Shown: one piece after another, positions 26,386 to 35,976 of the stretch
Position numbering within the stretch: the stretch's first letter is position 1
Layout: the number at the start of each line of letters is the position of its first letter
NCBI GenBank assembly: GCA_016190815.1
Contig: JACPPT010000017.1
Coordinates: 1-40,844, forward strand
DNA from: Chloroflexota bacterium
GTDB lineage: Bacteria > Chloroflexota > Dehalococcoidia > JACPPT01
Direction: 5' to 3'
Length of the DNA: 40,844 nt
The notes under the pieces: model-generated
Told to the model about the DNA's origin: nothing
What the model saw: the letters and a program-made list of their open reading frames with translations, nothing else
Database searches by the model: none
Program-made: the position numbers and the translations under genes

Positions 26386-28467
26386 TTGGAAGAACAGGCT
26401 AAAAGGGCTGATGAGAAATCCGGCTTAGATGTTATTTCCCTGTCTGTTGGCAGGTTCACCCTCCACTGGGAGGAACTGCTATATCTACTCTTGGTTGTAA
26501 TAGCTGGCGTAATGAGGTTCTGGGACCTGGGCGCCAGGACCTTCTCTCACGATGAGAGCCTTCACGCCACCTACAGTTGGTATATATATGCCGGCCGAAG
26601 CTATGAACACAACCCAATGATGCACGGCCCATTCCAGTATTACGGCTCCGCTTTGGTATTCAAACTTTTTGGAGCTAGCGACTACACAGGGCGTGCACTA
26701 TATGCCCTCTTCGGGGCGATACTGGTGGGGATGCCATACTTCCTTCGCCAATACCTTGGACGAGGCGGCGCATTGACCGCCGCTGTTCTTCTGGCTTTTT
26801 CGCCCTCTTTGTTCTACTTCAGCCGCCTGGCGTGGATGGACATCTATATCCTTGTGTGGACACTGTCGCTGATAATCTGTATCTGGAGATACATGGATAC
26901 AAAGAAGCCCCTCTACCTTTTTCTCGGGGCACTCTTCCTGAGCCTGAGCTTTGCCACCAAGGAGGTAACATTCATCACCGTTCCAATACTGGGCATATTT
27001 TTATTCGTCCTCTCCATCAAAGAATGGCTTCTTATGGTGCGGCGCAAAATAGGCCCGTCCCAGATTTCGCCTGTCGGCTCATTCCTCCTTCTCCTCTTCA
27101 CCCTTTCCCTACCCCAGTATTCGGCTGGGGTGAGCATCTTCCAGCGCTGGATAGGGGTAACCCTGGCCAACCCAGCATCCCAATGGACCAAAGGCCCTGT
27201 GGGAATGCCTGTGGGCGAAGGCCTTTACATCGCTACAGCAATTATTGTTATTTTCCTCGTCATCTCCCTGGTCATAGGGTTCCTGTGGAACTGGCGTATG
27301 TGGCTGGCCTGCGCCGCCATTTTCTACGGCGTGTACGTCTTGCTTTTCACGTCGTTCTTCTCCAATCCCCTGGGGTTCTTCACTGGCATATGGCAGTCTC
27401 TGGGCTACTGGCTTGCCCAGCAGCCTGAAGCCAGGGGAGGCCAGCCATGGTTCTATTATTTTACGCTCCTTTCGGTTTACGAGTTCCTCCCGTTTTTCTT
27501 GGCCATTGCGGCCGCCATTTACTATTCCATAAAAAAGGGCGACGCCTTTTCATGGTTTCTCATCTACTGGAGCGGCATTTCTCTTATCCTCTACTCCTAC
27601 GCCGGCGAGAAGATGCCTTGGCTCATTGTGCATCTCGCCTTTCCACTTATTTTGCTGGGTGGCAAGTTTGTTGGGCAGATGTTTGAAGGAGTGAGGTGGA
27701 GGGAGCCAGTCATGCGAAGGGGCATCCTGTTCGGGCTATTTGCGCCCCTGATACTTCTGGTCCCCTGGGCTGTCCTCTCTGCCCCAGTTGAAACCTCACC
27801 TTCCACTGTTACTCTGGGTTACATAATTATAGCCATTATCCTGCTTGCCATTGCGGAGGCTTTGTTTCTCTTAAGGGAGGGCCTCGGGCGCAAGGCAAGC
27901 GCTGGCGTGCTGGGGGTGGCAGCCCTCGCTGTACTGTTCTTCTTCACAGCCAGGGCAGCATGGAACGCGGGCTACGAGTACAATGACCCGCTGGATATGT
28001 TCGTTTACTCTGGAGAGTCTATAGATGTGAAGGTGATAGCAGGAGACATAGAAAGACTCGCCTCTCTTACAGGAGAAGGGAAGAATTTGAAGATAACCGT
28101 TGACGGGAGCGACGGCTACGCCTGGCCGTGGGCTTGGTATTTGAGGGACTACAAATACGTAGGGTATCCGGGGCTGGAGCAAATGGACTCGCCTCCTGAC
28201 GGAGATGTCCTCCTTTTGAACATGAGAAACCAGGGGGTCGCCCAGCCATATTTAAGTAAGTACGGAGAGGGAAAGCCTTATCATATGAGACAGTGGTTCC
28301 CCGAGGTCTACGATAATCTAACAACGAGGCAGGTCCTTCAGGGAATTGGCCGAAGGGAGAGTTGGAGTAAGCTTCTGGACTACTTCCTGTATCGCAGGAT
28401 GGATACATCGATGTGGTCAAGCGAGGCCATAGCCTACTTCCCAAAGGATTTCAAACAGACGCCCTGA
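26386..28467 (+). CDS. TIGR03663/Agl23-like GT-C membrane glycosyltransferase
   Basis: HDESLHA, Y.HNPMMHGP, ATKE, YWL.Q...RG.QPW.YY, AGEKMPW, WPW.WYLR. TTG start uncertain. Confidence 0.85.
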   Translation: MEEQAKRADEKSGLDVISLSVGRFTLHWEELLYLLLVVIAGVMRFWDLGARTFSHDESLHATYSWYIYAGRSYEHNPMMHGPFQYYGSALVFKLFGASDYTGRALYALFGAILVGMPYFLRQYLGRGGALTAAVLLAFSPSLFYFSRLAWMDIYILVWTLSLIICIWRYMDTKKPLYLFLGALFLSLSFATKEVTFITVPILGIFLFVLSIKEWLLMVRRKIGPSQISPVGSFLLLLFTLSLPQYSAGVSIFQRWIGVTLANPASQWTKGPVGMPVGEGLYIATAIIVIFLVISLVIGFLWNWRMWLACAAIFYGVYVLLFTSFFSNPLGFFTGIWQSLGYWLAQQPEARGGQPWFYYFTLLSVYEFLPFFLAIAAAIYYSIKKGDAFSWFLIYWSGISLILYSYAGEKMPWLIVHLAFPLILLGGKFVGQMFEGVRWREPVMRRGILFGLFAPLILLVPWAVLSAPVETSPSTVTLGYIIIAIILLAIAEALFLLREGLGRKASAGVLGVAALAVLFFFTARAAWNAGYEYNDPLDMFVYSGESIDVKVIAGDIERLASLTGEGKNLKITVDGSDGYAWPWAWYLRDYKYVGYPGLEQMDSPPDGDVLLLNMRNQGVAQPYLSKYGEGKPYHMRQWFPEVYDNLTTRQVLQGIGRRESWSKLLDYFLYRRMDTSMWSSEAIAYFPKDFKQTP

Positions 28468-28485
28468 GGAAGTAAAGTCTCACCA

Positions 28486-28514
28486 TTGCCCAAAAAACCG
28501 AACTAAACTATAAT
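28486..28514 (+). promoter_or_regulatory. Sigma70 promoter
   Basis: TTGCCC-17 bp-TATAAT. Confidence 0.55.
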
Positions 28515-28563
28515 GCCTTGAGTGCTGTTTCCGATGAGGTTTTGCCCCAGGGGGAGAGACAAT

Positions 28564-29637
28564 TTGTTAAAAAGCCGTGGATTCTGGATAGGGCTTGTTG
28601 TCAGCCTTTTCTTTCTTGCCTTGTTCCTCTACCGCACGAATTTCGCCGAAATGGGCAGGGCCCTGCGAAGCGCCAACTATGTTTATGTGGTGCCCGGCGT
28701 GTTGGTTTACTTTGTGGCCGTATGGTTTCGGGTCATACGCTGGCGATACCTCCTCAACCCCATCAAAACCATCTCTCTTTCTCGCCTCTTTCCAGTCCTG
28801 GTCATCGGCTACACGGCCAATAATGTTTTGCCTGTAAGGCTTGGCGAGCTGGTGCGGGCCTATTTTTTGGGTCAAAAGGAGAAAATCAGCAAGACCTCAG
28901 CCCTGGCCACCATTGCCGTGGAGCGCCTCTTTGACGGGCTCGTGCTCGTGTTCTTCATAGTGGTGATCTGGCCTTTCCTTCCAGTATCCAGGGCGCTCCA
29001 CGATATGGCCCAGAGCATAGGCACGTCGGAGACTGTCCTGGCAGCATTTATGGCAGGCCCCTTTTTGGTCGCTTTTATTCTTCTTCTGGGCATAGCGCTC
29101 TCCCCCGCTTTGACCCTGAAGGTTGCAGGCATACTATCGCTGCTCCTGCCCAAGCGCTGGCGCCCCCTGACACTGGAGTTGGCAGAGCGCTTCGTCCACG
29201 GTCTCAAGGTGCTCCGCAGCCCGGGCAAACTTCTCACCGTCTTCATCCTATCCATACCCGTATGGCTCGCCGAGGCAGCAACGTTCTACATCATCACCTT
29301 CTCCTTTAACATCGTTCAACCCACACAGGTGATATTGCTTTCAACAGCAGCCGCCAACCTGGTGACTGTTCTGCCCACCACAGGGGGAGGAATTGGACCC
29401 TTTGAATGGGCCGTGAAGGCTGTGCTCGTCTCCTTCGGGGTAGAGAGTGCCCTCGCCGTAGCCTATACCATAGCCCTCCATGCTGCACTTCTTGTGCCGA
29501 TTACTATCCTGGGGTTAATCTATATATGGTCGGAAAATCTATCTCTTAGAGAAGCGACCCGAACTGACATTGGAAATGACACCTCAAAAGATTACAGGAC
29601 GAATCCTGTTTCAATAGATGGGGATGGTGGAAGGTGA
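28564..29637 (+). CDS. Lysylphosphatidylglycerol synthase TM / UPF0104 flippase-like protein
   Basis: R..RW..LL, NNVLP.RLGELVRA, ERLFDG, P.T.GGIG.FE. TTG start after GGGGAG. Confidence 0.9.
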   Translation: MLKSRGFWIGLVVSLFFLALFLYRTNFAEMGRALRSANYVYVVPGVLVYFVAVWFRVIRWRYLLNPIKTISLSRLFPVLVIGYTANNVLPVRLGELVRAYFLGQKEKISKTSALATIAVERLFDGLVLVFFIVVIWPFLPVSRALHDMAQSIGTSETVLAAFMAGPFLVAFILLLGIALSPALTLKVAGILSLLLPKRWRPLTLELAERFVHGLKVLRSPGKLLTVFILSIPVWLAEAATFYIITFSFNIVQPTQVILLSTAAANLVTVLPTTGGGIGPFEWAVKAVLVSFGVESALAVAYTIALHAALLVPITILGLIYIWSENLSLREATRTDIGNDTSKDYRTNPVSIDGDGGR

Positions 29638-30947
29638 ACATAGGCATAATCGGCGGTGGGGTTGCAGGGCTAACTGCCGCCTATGAGCTTACCAGAAAAG
29701 GGCACAAGGTAAGCATTTTCGAGGCAAGCCCGTATCTAGGCGGGCAGGCTGCCACTTTTGAGGTAGGCGGCGGGCGTCTCGAGAAAGCATACCATCACCT
29801 TTTCAAAAGCGATACCGTGATAATCGACCTCATAAATGAGCTAGGGTTGGGCTCCAAGCTTTACTGGCTAGACTCTAAGGTGGGCTTTTACTGCAAGGAG
29901 AGAATTCATAACTTTGTGACACCCTTTGACCTGCTGAAGTTCACCCCAATAAGCATAGTGGACCGCCTTCGCCTTGGGCTGGTGAGTCTGTACCTCCAGC
30001 GCCTCAATGACTGGCCAAAACTGGAAGGTATAACTGCTAAGGACTGGATAATTAAATATGCGGGAAAACAGAACTACGACATGGTATGGGGACCGCTTCT
30101 TCGGGGAAAGTTCGGGGATGCGGCAGAGGAAGTCGGGATGGTCTGGTTCTGGGGAAAGATACACCTCCGCTTCGGCTCCAGAGGTAAGACCATGCAGAAG
30201 GAGAAACTGGGCTACCTTATGGGGAGCTTTGGTCAGGTTATAGACGCCCTTGAACAGGAGATTAGAAAAAGGGGCGGAGAAATACATATCTCCACGCCAG
30301 TCCAGCGGATAGCAGTAGCAGATGGGAGGGTTATGGGCTTGGAGCTCAAAGCCTCATCAAACCCAGTTCCATTCGACGCTGTCATCGCTACCGTCCCGTC
30401 ACCTATTTTCCTGCGCCTGGTGCCCGAATTGCCCGAACAGTATGCCTCGAAGCTGAGGCAAATCAAGTATCAGGCAGCCGTCCTTGTCGTTCTGCTCCTT
30501 AAAAGGTCCTTGAGCCACATATATTGGCTTAACGTCAGCGATCGCGCTCTGCCGTTTCTGGCAGCCATAGAGCATACCAATTACATCGGCCGCTCCGAAT
30601 ATGGCGGCAAGCACATCGTATACCTATCCAACTATCTGGCCAGGGAGCACCCCATTTACAACAAGAGCGGGGATGAGCTTCTTCAAATATATCTACCCCA
30701 TCTGCGGAAGCTCAACCCAGAATTTTCGCCGGACTGGATAGAAAAGTACTACTACCACAGAGAAGATTCCGCCCAGCCCATCATAACCACCAATTACTCG
30801 GCAAAGATCCCAGACTACAGAACACCCATCCAGGGGCTTTATCTGGCCAACACCACGCAAATCTATCCCGAGGACAGGGGGATGAACTACAGCATACGCC
30901 TGGGACAGAGGGTGAGTGGGATTGTGGCTCCAGGCCTTGAACGGTAA
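29634..30947 (+). CDS. FAD-dependent oxidoreductase (protoporphyrinogen/amine-oxidase-like, glycosylation-cluster type)
   Basis: IIGGGVAGL, LE..YHH.F.SD, W.PLL..KFG, IYPEDRG.NYS. GTGA overlap with the upstream gene. Confidence 0.85.
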   Translation: MNIGIIGGGVAGLTAAYELTRKGHKVSIFEASPYLGGQAATFEVGGGRLEKAYHHLFKSDTVIIDLINELGLGSKLYWLDSKVGFYCKERIHNFVTPFDLLKFTPISIVDRLRLGLVSLYLQRLNDWPKLEGITAKDWIIKYAGKQNYDMVWGPLLRGKFGDAAEEVGMVWFWGKIHLRFGSRGKTMQKEKLGYLMGSFGQVIDALEQEIRKRGGEIHISTPVQRIAVADGRVMGLELKASSNPVPFDAVIATVPSPIFLRLVPELPEQYASKLRQIKYQAAVLVVLLLKRSLSHIYWLNVSDRALPFLAAIEHTNYIGRSEYGGKHIVYLSNYLAREHPIYNKSGDELLQIYLPHLRKLNPEFSPDWIEKYYYHREDSAQPIITTNYSAKIPDYRTPIQGLYLANTTQIYPEDRGMNYSIRLGQRVSGIVAPGLER

Positions 30948-31013
30948 CGCGGGTATGTGGTAATATACGGCGAAAATAGTTAGAAATATCACGAACTCTA
31001 AAGGGAAGATGCC

Positions 31014-31469
31014 ATGAGAGAAAAGGTGGAGAAGGTCATCGACTCTATGAAAGGGAAGAAACCAACCATCCTCTCTGCCCTTTTGGCTATACAGGAGGAG
31101 ATAGGCTATATCCCCAAAGAGGCCATTCCAGAAGTAGCCGGGCTGGTTGGTGCCTCTGCCAACGAGGTATACGGCGTGATCACCTTCTACACCCACTTTC
31201 GCCTCGAGCCACCGGGAGAGCATTTTGTGGAGGTCTGCTGGGGCCCTTCCTGTCATGTTTGCGGCGGCAAGGAAGTGATGGATGCGGTTCTGGAGGAGCT
31301 AGGGCTATCTTCCGACGGTACCACAAAGGACAAGAAGCTGACTCTTAAACGCACCTCCTGCGCGGCAGCCTGCGCCCAAGGGCCCGTGATAAGCATTGAC
31401 CACAATTTGAGGGGACGGATGACGCCCGAAAAGGCCAGAGAGATGTTGGCCAGGGTAAAAAGTCGCTGA
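31014..31469 (+). CDS. NuoE/HydC-like [2Fe-2S] subunit
   Basis: VITFYTHF, VCWGPSCH, SCAAACAQGP. Confidence 0.92.
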   Translation: MREKVEKVIDSMKGKKPTILSALLAIQEEIGYIPKEAIPEVAGLVGASANEVYGVITFYTHFRLEPPGEHFVEVCWGPSCHVCGGKEVMDAVLEELGLSSDGTTKDKKLTLKRTSCAAACAQGPVISIDHNLRGRMTPEKAREMLARVKSR

Positions 31470-31479
31470 AAGAGCAAAG

Positions 31480-33174
31480 ATGCCGCTTTCCTTTGACGAG
31501 CTCCAGCAAAAAGCCCAAAAGGAATGGGAAGCTTTCCAGCGGGCCGCTCCATCGACTCGAATTCTTGTCGGGACGGCCACCTGCGGAAGAGCCGCAGGCG
31601 CCCAGAATGTAGTAGAGGCTTTTCGCAAAGCCCTGGCTCAAGAGGGGATCCATGCGCTTATCCACGAGGTTGGCTGCCTGGGACCATGCTATGCGGAGCC
31701 AATAGTAGACATAATAAAGGCGGGGCATCCGCGCATAACCTATGGAAATATTACCCCTGAGATCGTACCTCAGCTTGTAAGGGACTACCTCATAAACGAC
31801 AATCCCCGGGCGGACATGGCCCTGGGCATCCATGGCGATGGCAAGATAGATGGCATTCCCAATTTATTTGAGATCCCTTTCTTCAAACTCCAGATGCGTA
31901 TAGCCCTGCGTAACAGCGGCATCATAGACCCCATAAACATATACCACTACATCGCCAATGGAGGGTATTCAGGCCTCAAAAAGGCCCTCGAGATGACGTC
32001 CGAGCAGGTGGTGGCTGAGGTCCAGAAGTCAGGTCTGAGAGGCAGGGGAGGGGCAGCCTTCCCCACAGGGCAGAAGTGGCAGTTCCTCCTGGGGGCACCT
32101 GGCCCCACGAAATACATACTGTGCAACTGCGAGGAGGGAGACCCCGGCGCCTTCAATGACAAAGCTATCCTTGAGAGCGATCCCCACACCCTGCTCGAGG
32201 GAATGGTTATAGCTGGCTACGCTACAAAAGCCACCAACGGTTACGTCTTCATACGCTACGAACACAGAGAAGTAATAAGGCGCACCCAGATGGCCATAAA
32301 CCAGATGAGGGAGTTTGGGCTTCTGGGCAGCAATATCCTGGGCACCTCCTTTGGCTTCGACATATCCATCGCCCTGACAGGGGAGTCGTATGTCTCGGGA
32401 GAGGAGACAGCCCTTATGGAGGCCATAGAGGGAAAGCGCGCCATGCCCAGGCCACGCCCGCCTTTCCCGGCACAGGTCGGGCTTTGGAGAAAACCCTCCA
32501 ACATAAACAACGTGAAGACCCTGTCCTATGTCCCGGAAATCCTGCGCAGGGGGGGAGAATGGTATGCAGGAATAGGCACCGAGAGGAGCAAGGGCACAGC
32601 AATTGTCTGTCTTTCAGGAAACATCAATAGACCAGGCCTGGCTGAGGTCCCTATGGGTACCTCCCTCAAGAGCGCGATTGAGGAAATAGGTGGAGGGGCG
32701 CCCAACGGTAAACAAATCAAGCTCCTCCAGACGGGGGGGCCTCTGGGTGGCATCATCTCGGCATCTCAAATAGAAGTACCTCTGGACTTCGACGCTATGG
32801 CAGGCAAGGGCGCCATTCTCGGCTCAGGTGGCATCATCGTTGCGGACGAACGCACCTGTGTGGTGGAACTCCTCAAAATTCTATGCACCTTCATATACGA
32901 GGAATCATGCGGCAAGTGCTTCCCATGCCGAATAGGGACAGCACATATCCTGGATCTAGTTAAGGATATAACAGAGGGCAGGGGAAGACCCGGAGACACC
33001 GAGCGACTGCTGGCCATGGGGGAGACGTTGACCTCCTCACTCTGCGGACACGGCCAACTGACCATCAGCCCAATACGCTCAGCTATAAACTACTTCGGTG
33101 ATGAGTTCAAGGCACACATCGAAGAAAAGCGATGCCCAGCAGGTGTGTGTAAAGCTCTTGGACGCCAGGGCTAG
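31480..33174 (+). CDS. NuoF/HydB-like FMN/NAD(P)H subunit with N-terminal thioredoxin-like [2Fe-2S] domain
   Basis: TCG..AGA, GCLGPCY.EP, SGLRGRGGAAFPTG.KW, EGDPG, GEETAL, ESCGKCFPCR, KRCPAGVC. Confidence 0.93.
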   Translation: MPLSFDELQQKAQKEWEAFQRAAPSTRILVGTATCGRAAGAQNVVEAFRKALAQEGIHALIHEVGCLGPCYAEPIVDIIKAGHPRITYGNITPEIVPQLVRDYLINDNPRADMALGIHGDGKIDGIPNLFEIPFFKLQMRIALRNSGIIDPINIYHYIANGGYSGLKKALEMTSEQVVAEVQKSGLRGRGGAAFPTGQKWQFLLGAPGPTKYILCNCEEGDPGAFNDKAILESDPHTLLEGMVIAGYATKATNGYVFIRYEHREVIRRTQMAINQMREFGLLGSNILGTSFGFDISIALTGESYVSGEETALMEAIEGKRAMPRPRPPFPAQVGLWRKPSNINNVKTLSYVPEILRRGGEWYAGIGTERSKGTAIVCLSGNINRPGLAEVPMGTSLKSAIEEIGGGAPNGKQIKLLQTGGPLGGIISASQIEVPLDFDAMAGKGAILGSGGIIVADERTCVVELLKILCTFIYEESCGKCFPCRIGTAHILDLVKDITEGRGRPGDTERLLAMGETLTSSLCGHGQLTISPIRSAINYFGDEFKAHIEEKRCPAGVCKALGRQG

Positions 33175-33216
33175 TTTCGCAAAACACATTAAAATAAGCA
33201 CAGGAGAAGCAAAAGG

Positions 33217-35976
33217 GTGGCAAAAGGCTCAGACATCATAACTCTTATCATAGATGGCAGAGAGGTAAAGGCCCGAAAGGGTGCAACCATTATAGAGGCG
33301 GCTCGAGAGGCAGGCATATATGTGCCTTTCCTGTGCTATCACCCCCAGCTTAAGCCCTATGGAGCGTGCAGAGCATGCGTGGTGGAAATCGAAAAGGTGC
33401 GGGGCTTTCCCACTTCTTGCACAAGCCCCGTTGCTGACGGGATGGTGGTTAAGACCCAGAGCACCGCCCTTGACAAGCTTCGAAGGGACATCATGAACCT
33501 GGTCCTGTCGGAGCACCCTCACGGGTGTCTTACCTGCCACAGGATCGAGCACTGTGGCCCCAGCGACATATGTCTGCGCCACGTGGCGGTAACAGATAGA
33601 TGCGTGGTCTGTCCCCAGAACGAGCGCTGTGAGCTACAGGATGTAGTCTACCGCATGGAATTTGCCACCGGCAAACCGTTTCCATTGAAGTACACCTACA
33701 GAAACATACCCCTAGATACCCGGAACCCCTTCATCGACCACGATATGAACCTTTGCATTGTTTGCGGTCGGTGCATCAGGATCTGCTCTGAGGTGGAGTG
33801 GGCTGATGTTCTGACCTTTGTCCAGAGGGGGAAGCACACCGTTGTGGGCACCTCTCTGGGGGGGCTGCTCTCCGACTCGGGATGCACCTTCTGTGGGGCA
33901 TGTGTTGATGCCTGCCCCGTGGGGGCAATAACAGAAAAAGACTACAAGTTCTCCGGTGCTCCAGAGCGCACCGTTACAACAACTTGCACCCACTGCAGCG
34001 TGGGCTGCCAGCTTAACCTACTGGTCAAGGATGAGAAGGTCATTAGAGTTATCCCAAGCCTGGAGGGACCAACAAGCAAAGGTGAGGCCTGCGCCAAGGG
34101 CAAGTTCGGACATAGGTTTATCAATTCTCCCCAACGTCTAACCACGCCCCTTGTGAGAAAGAACGGCACTTTTGTCAAGGCCTCATGGGAAGAGGCCCTG
34201 AAGATAGTTACTGATGGGCTTGCAAGGCACAGAGGAGCCCAGTTCGCAGCCATCGCCTCCTCCCGGATAACCAATGAAGAGGCATACCTATTGCAGAAGT
34301 TCACCAGGGGCATTATGGGCTCGCCAAATATCGATCACATTGATACCATTTGTCACCCCCAAAACGTGTCTGGCCTGGTGGAGACCTTCGGCTTGCCCGC
34401 CATGACCAACTCCTTAAGGGAGCTAAGGGATTCGTCCTGCATCCTCGTTTTTGGTAGCGATATAACCTTTGACCACCCCGTGGCTGGCCTGCAAATCAAA
34501 GAGGCTGTGAGAAGAGGTGCAAGCCTCATTGTCATAGACTCAGCCAGGACAGAGCTATCCCCCATGGCAACTTTGCACCTGAGGCCGCATCCCGGGACTG
34601 AAGTCAACCTCCTGGGAGCCTTTATACGCACCATAGTTGAAGAGGGGCTTTTCGACAAGCCCTTCATGGAAGGGCGCTGCGAGGGCTTCGACGCCTTGAA
34701 GGACTCGCTTTCGTCCTTCGACATCGGTGGTGGTGAAAGGACGTGCGGTGTTTCTAAGGAGCTTTTAGTCGAGGCTGCCAGGACGTACGCCAAAAGGAAG
34801 CCCGCTGCCATAGTGTACTCCGGCCATTTCCTGCAAAACGGCAACAGAAAAAGCGTCTCTTCGGCCCTGGCCAACCTGGCCATGCTCACGGGCAACATCG
34901 GGAAGTCATCATCAGGCCTGTATCCTATGGTGGGCGAGGCCAATAGCCAGGGTGTTATGGATATGGGCTGCACGCCCGACGCTTTGCCAGGTTATCAGGC
35001 CGCCGCTGATCCCCTCGTGAGAGAGAGATTTGATAAAGCATGGAAGACTGCGCTACCCGACGAGAGGGGTCTAACCACAGAGGGCATTATAGAGGCGATC
35101 CGCAAGAAGGAAGTAAGAGCTCTTTGTATTCTGGGGAATGGGCAACCTTCCTTCCTGCCAGAGCTTGAATCTGTACTTGGGAACCTGGAGTTTCTGGTGG
35201 TGATGGACAACCATATGAGCAGGGCGGCACATCTCGCTCAGGTGGTTTTGCCCCAGTGCACATTTGCCGAAATGGACGGGACCTTCACAAATTCAGAGAG
35301 GCGTGTTCAGAGGATTCGCAAAATCATTGAACCTGTAGGAGAGTCAAGACCATCCTGGTGGGTGATTTGCGACCTCGCAAGAAGACTGGGAGGCAATGGC
35401 TTTTCCTACGAGCTCCCCTCAGAAGTGATGGACGAGATAGCCAGAGTCGTCCCCATCTACGGTGGCATATCATATGAGCGTCTGGAGAATGGAGGGCTTC
35501 AGTGGCCCTGCCAGGACCCAGGCCACTCCGGAACAGCTATCCTCCACCAGGAGGGATTCCCAAGAGGGAAGGGTAAGCTTGCGCCTCTGCAATACGAGCC
35601 TCCTTCAAAAGAATACGAGGATAAGGAGCATCCATATCTCCTCTTTTCTACCACCATAAGGGAGATTCAGGGTAAAATAGAGTTGAGACATGAGAACATC
35701 CTGGAGCTTCACAGAGAAGATGCCATATCTGAAGGCATATCTGAGGGCGATTTGGTAGAGGTAAAACTGGAAAATATCGCAATAAAGGCGAGGGTAAAGC
35801 TCGGAGAGAACCCCCATAGAGGAGTCGTATTTCTGAGCTTCCCCCACACAGAAAGCACATCGAATCTTCTGAATAACCTTTTGTCCGAATTAAGCCCCCG
35901 TTCCTCCGACCTGAACGGGCGGCGAGTAAGGGTGGAAAAAATATCGGCATCCGGAACAAAACATGAGGTGAATTAA
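33217..35976 (+). CDS. FdhF/NuoG-like Fe-S molybdopterin-oxidoreductase-family subunit
   Basis: [2Fe-2S] C..GACRAC..SC, His-ligated cluster, 2x[4Fe-4S] (CIVCGRC, CTFCGAC), CTHCSVGC..CAKG, DTICH, GTFTNSERRVQ. Confidence 0.9.
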   Translation: MAKGSDIITLIIDGREVKARKGATIIEAAREAGIYVPFLCYHPQLKPYGACRACVVEIEKVRGFPTSCTSPVADGMVVKTQSTALDKLRRDIMNLVLSEHPHGCLTCHRIEHCGPSDICLRHVAVTDRCVVCPQNERCELQDVVYRMEFATGKPFPLKYTYRNIPLDTRNPFIDHDMNLCIVCGRCIRICSEVEWADVLTFVQRGKHTVVGTSLGGLLSDSGCTFCGACVDACPVGAITEKDYKFSGAPERTVTTTCTHCSVGCQLNLLVKDEKVIRVIPSLEGPTSKGEACAKGKFGHRFINSPQRLTTPLVRKNGTFVKASWEEALKIVTDGLARHRGAQFAAIASSRITNEEAYLLQKFTRGIMGSPNIDHIDTICHPQNVSGLVETFGLPAMTNSLRELRDSSCILVFGSDITFDHPVAGLQIKEAVRRGASLIVIDSARTELSPMATLHLRPHPGTEVNLLGAFIRTIVEEGLFDKPFMEGRCEGFDALKDSLSSFDIGGGERTCGVSKELLVEAARTYAKRKPAAIVYSGHFLQNGNRKSVSSALANLAMLTGNIGKSSSGLYPMVGEANSQGVMDMGCTPDALPGYQAAADPLVRERFDKAWKTALPDERGLTTEGIIEAIRKKEVRALCILGNGQPSFLPELESVLGNLEFLVVMDNHMSRAAHLAQVVLPQCTFAEMDGTFTNSERRVQRIRKIIEPVGESRPSWWVICDLARRLGGNGFSYELPSEVMDEIARVVPIYGGISYERLENGGLQWPCQDPGHSGTAILHQEGFPRGKGKLAPLQYEPPSKEYEDKEHPYLLFSTTIREIQGKIELRHENILELHREDAISEGISEGDLVEVKLENIAIKARVKLGENPHRGVVFLSFPHTESTSNLLNNLLSELSPRSSDLNGRRVRVEKISASGTKHEVN

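Noticed and set aside
34345-34360. Selenocysteine in the Fdh-like subunit
   Set aside because: The ligand codon is TGT (Cys) and the frame has no internal TGA.
31014-35976. Respiratory complex I (nuoEFG)
   Set aside because: No membrane or quinone-module nuo genes are adjacent; the operon ends with a GltD-like gene and a terminator.
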